Assembly (NCBI GenBank): GCA_973895155.1
Contig: OZ316898.1
Location: forward strand, 2,455,927-2,519,926
Direction of reading: 5' to 3'
Source: Marsupella aquatica
Lineage: Eukaryota; Plantae; Marchantiophyta
DNA: 64,000 nucleotides
Both the position numbers and the translations under genes were made by a program. Within the stretch, counting starts at the first letter, position 1. Each line of letters opens with the position of its first letter. Below, in pieces: positions 63,674 through 64,000 of the stretch. Below the pieces are notes generated by a model. It did no database searches. It saw only the letters and a list, made by a program, of their open reading frames with translations, and was not told the DNA's origin.

Positions 63674-64000
63674 CTGCATCCATCATGCATAACAGATCAC
63701 TAATCGGCAGTAATCTCAACAGTCTGACTGAAGGTTCGAAACAGAACAGTTTTGGAACTGCACAATTCACCTCTACAAGAAAATCACCAACAACTCCACA
63801 CTAGATAGATAAGCAAAGACACTTGATACGATACGAATACTTAGAGAACACCTCTATGGAGCACTCGTATGTACACATTACCGGCATCACGATAGCATAC
63901 AACTAGGTTTTGGACAAGTCACTAGAACATCCAACGTCAATTAAATTGCTCTGCTTCTTCACAATTTTCCGACATGCAGGTCCTTTGGACAGTACAACAG

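Overview
Eukaryotic nuclear DNA from a land plant. Genes are spliced (GT-AG) with plant-type proteins, and a bryophyte/liverwort origin is my inference from gene style, not something the sequence proves. Seven protein-coding loci can be supported: the last exon of an unknown acidic protein (+), chloroplast cyclophilin CYP38/TLP40 (7 exons, +), a TMEM70-like mitochondrial protein (2 exons, +), a peroxisomal 4CL-like acyl-CoA synthetase ending in SKL (6 exons, +), an intronless F-box protein (-), a plant TPR-like protein (-), and the last four exons of the Prp28/DDX23-type DEAD-box helicase (-, truncated by the window edge). Intergenic DNA is mostly CpG-depleted transposon debris: copia-like solo LTRs (one with a perfect 5-bp TSD), MITE/foldback elements, an L1 LINE fragment, an RLE-type (CRE-like) non-LTR retrotransposon fragment, SINE-like repeats and many tandem duplications. 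No rRNA, tRNA, CRISPR or prokaryotic system was found, and I cannot claim an intact new biological system. The best leads are (i) a short-TIR DNA element family, one copy of which appears to enclose a decayed leucine-rich-repeat gene fragment (Pack-type capture), (ii) a gene-less CpG-rich island bracketed by a perfect 18-bp inverted repeat, (iii) the RLE-type retrotransposon, and (iv) a decayed, serially duplicated coding-like region at 43-48 kb.
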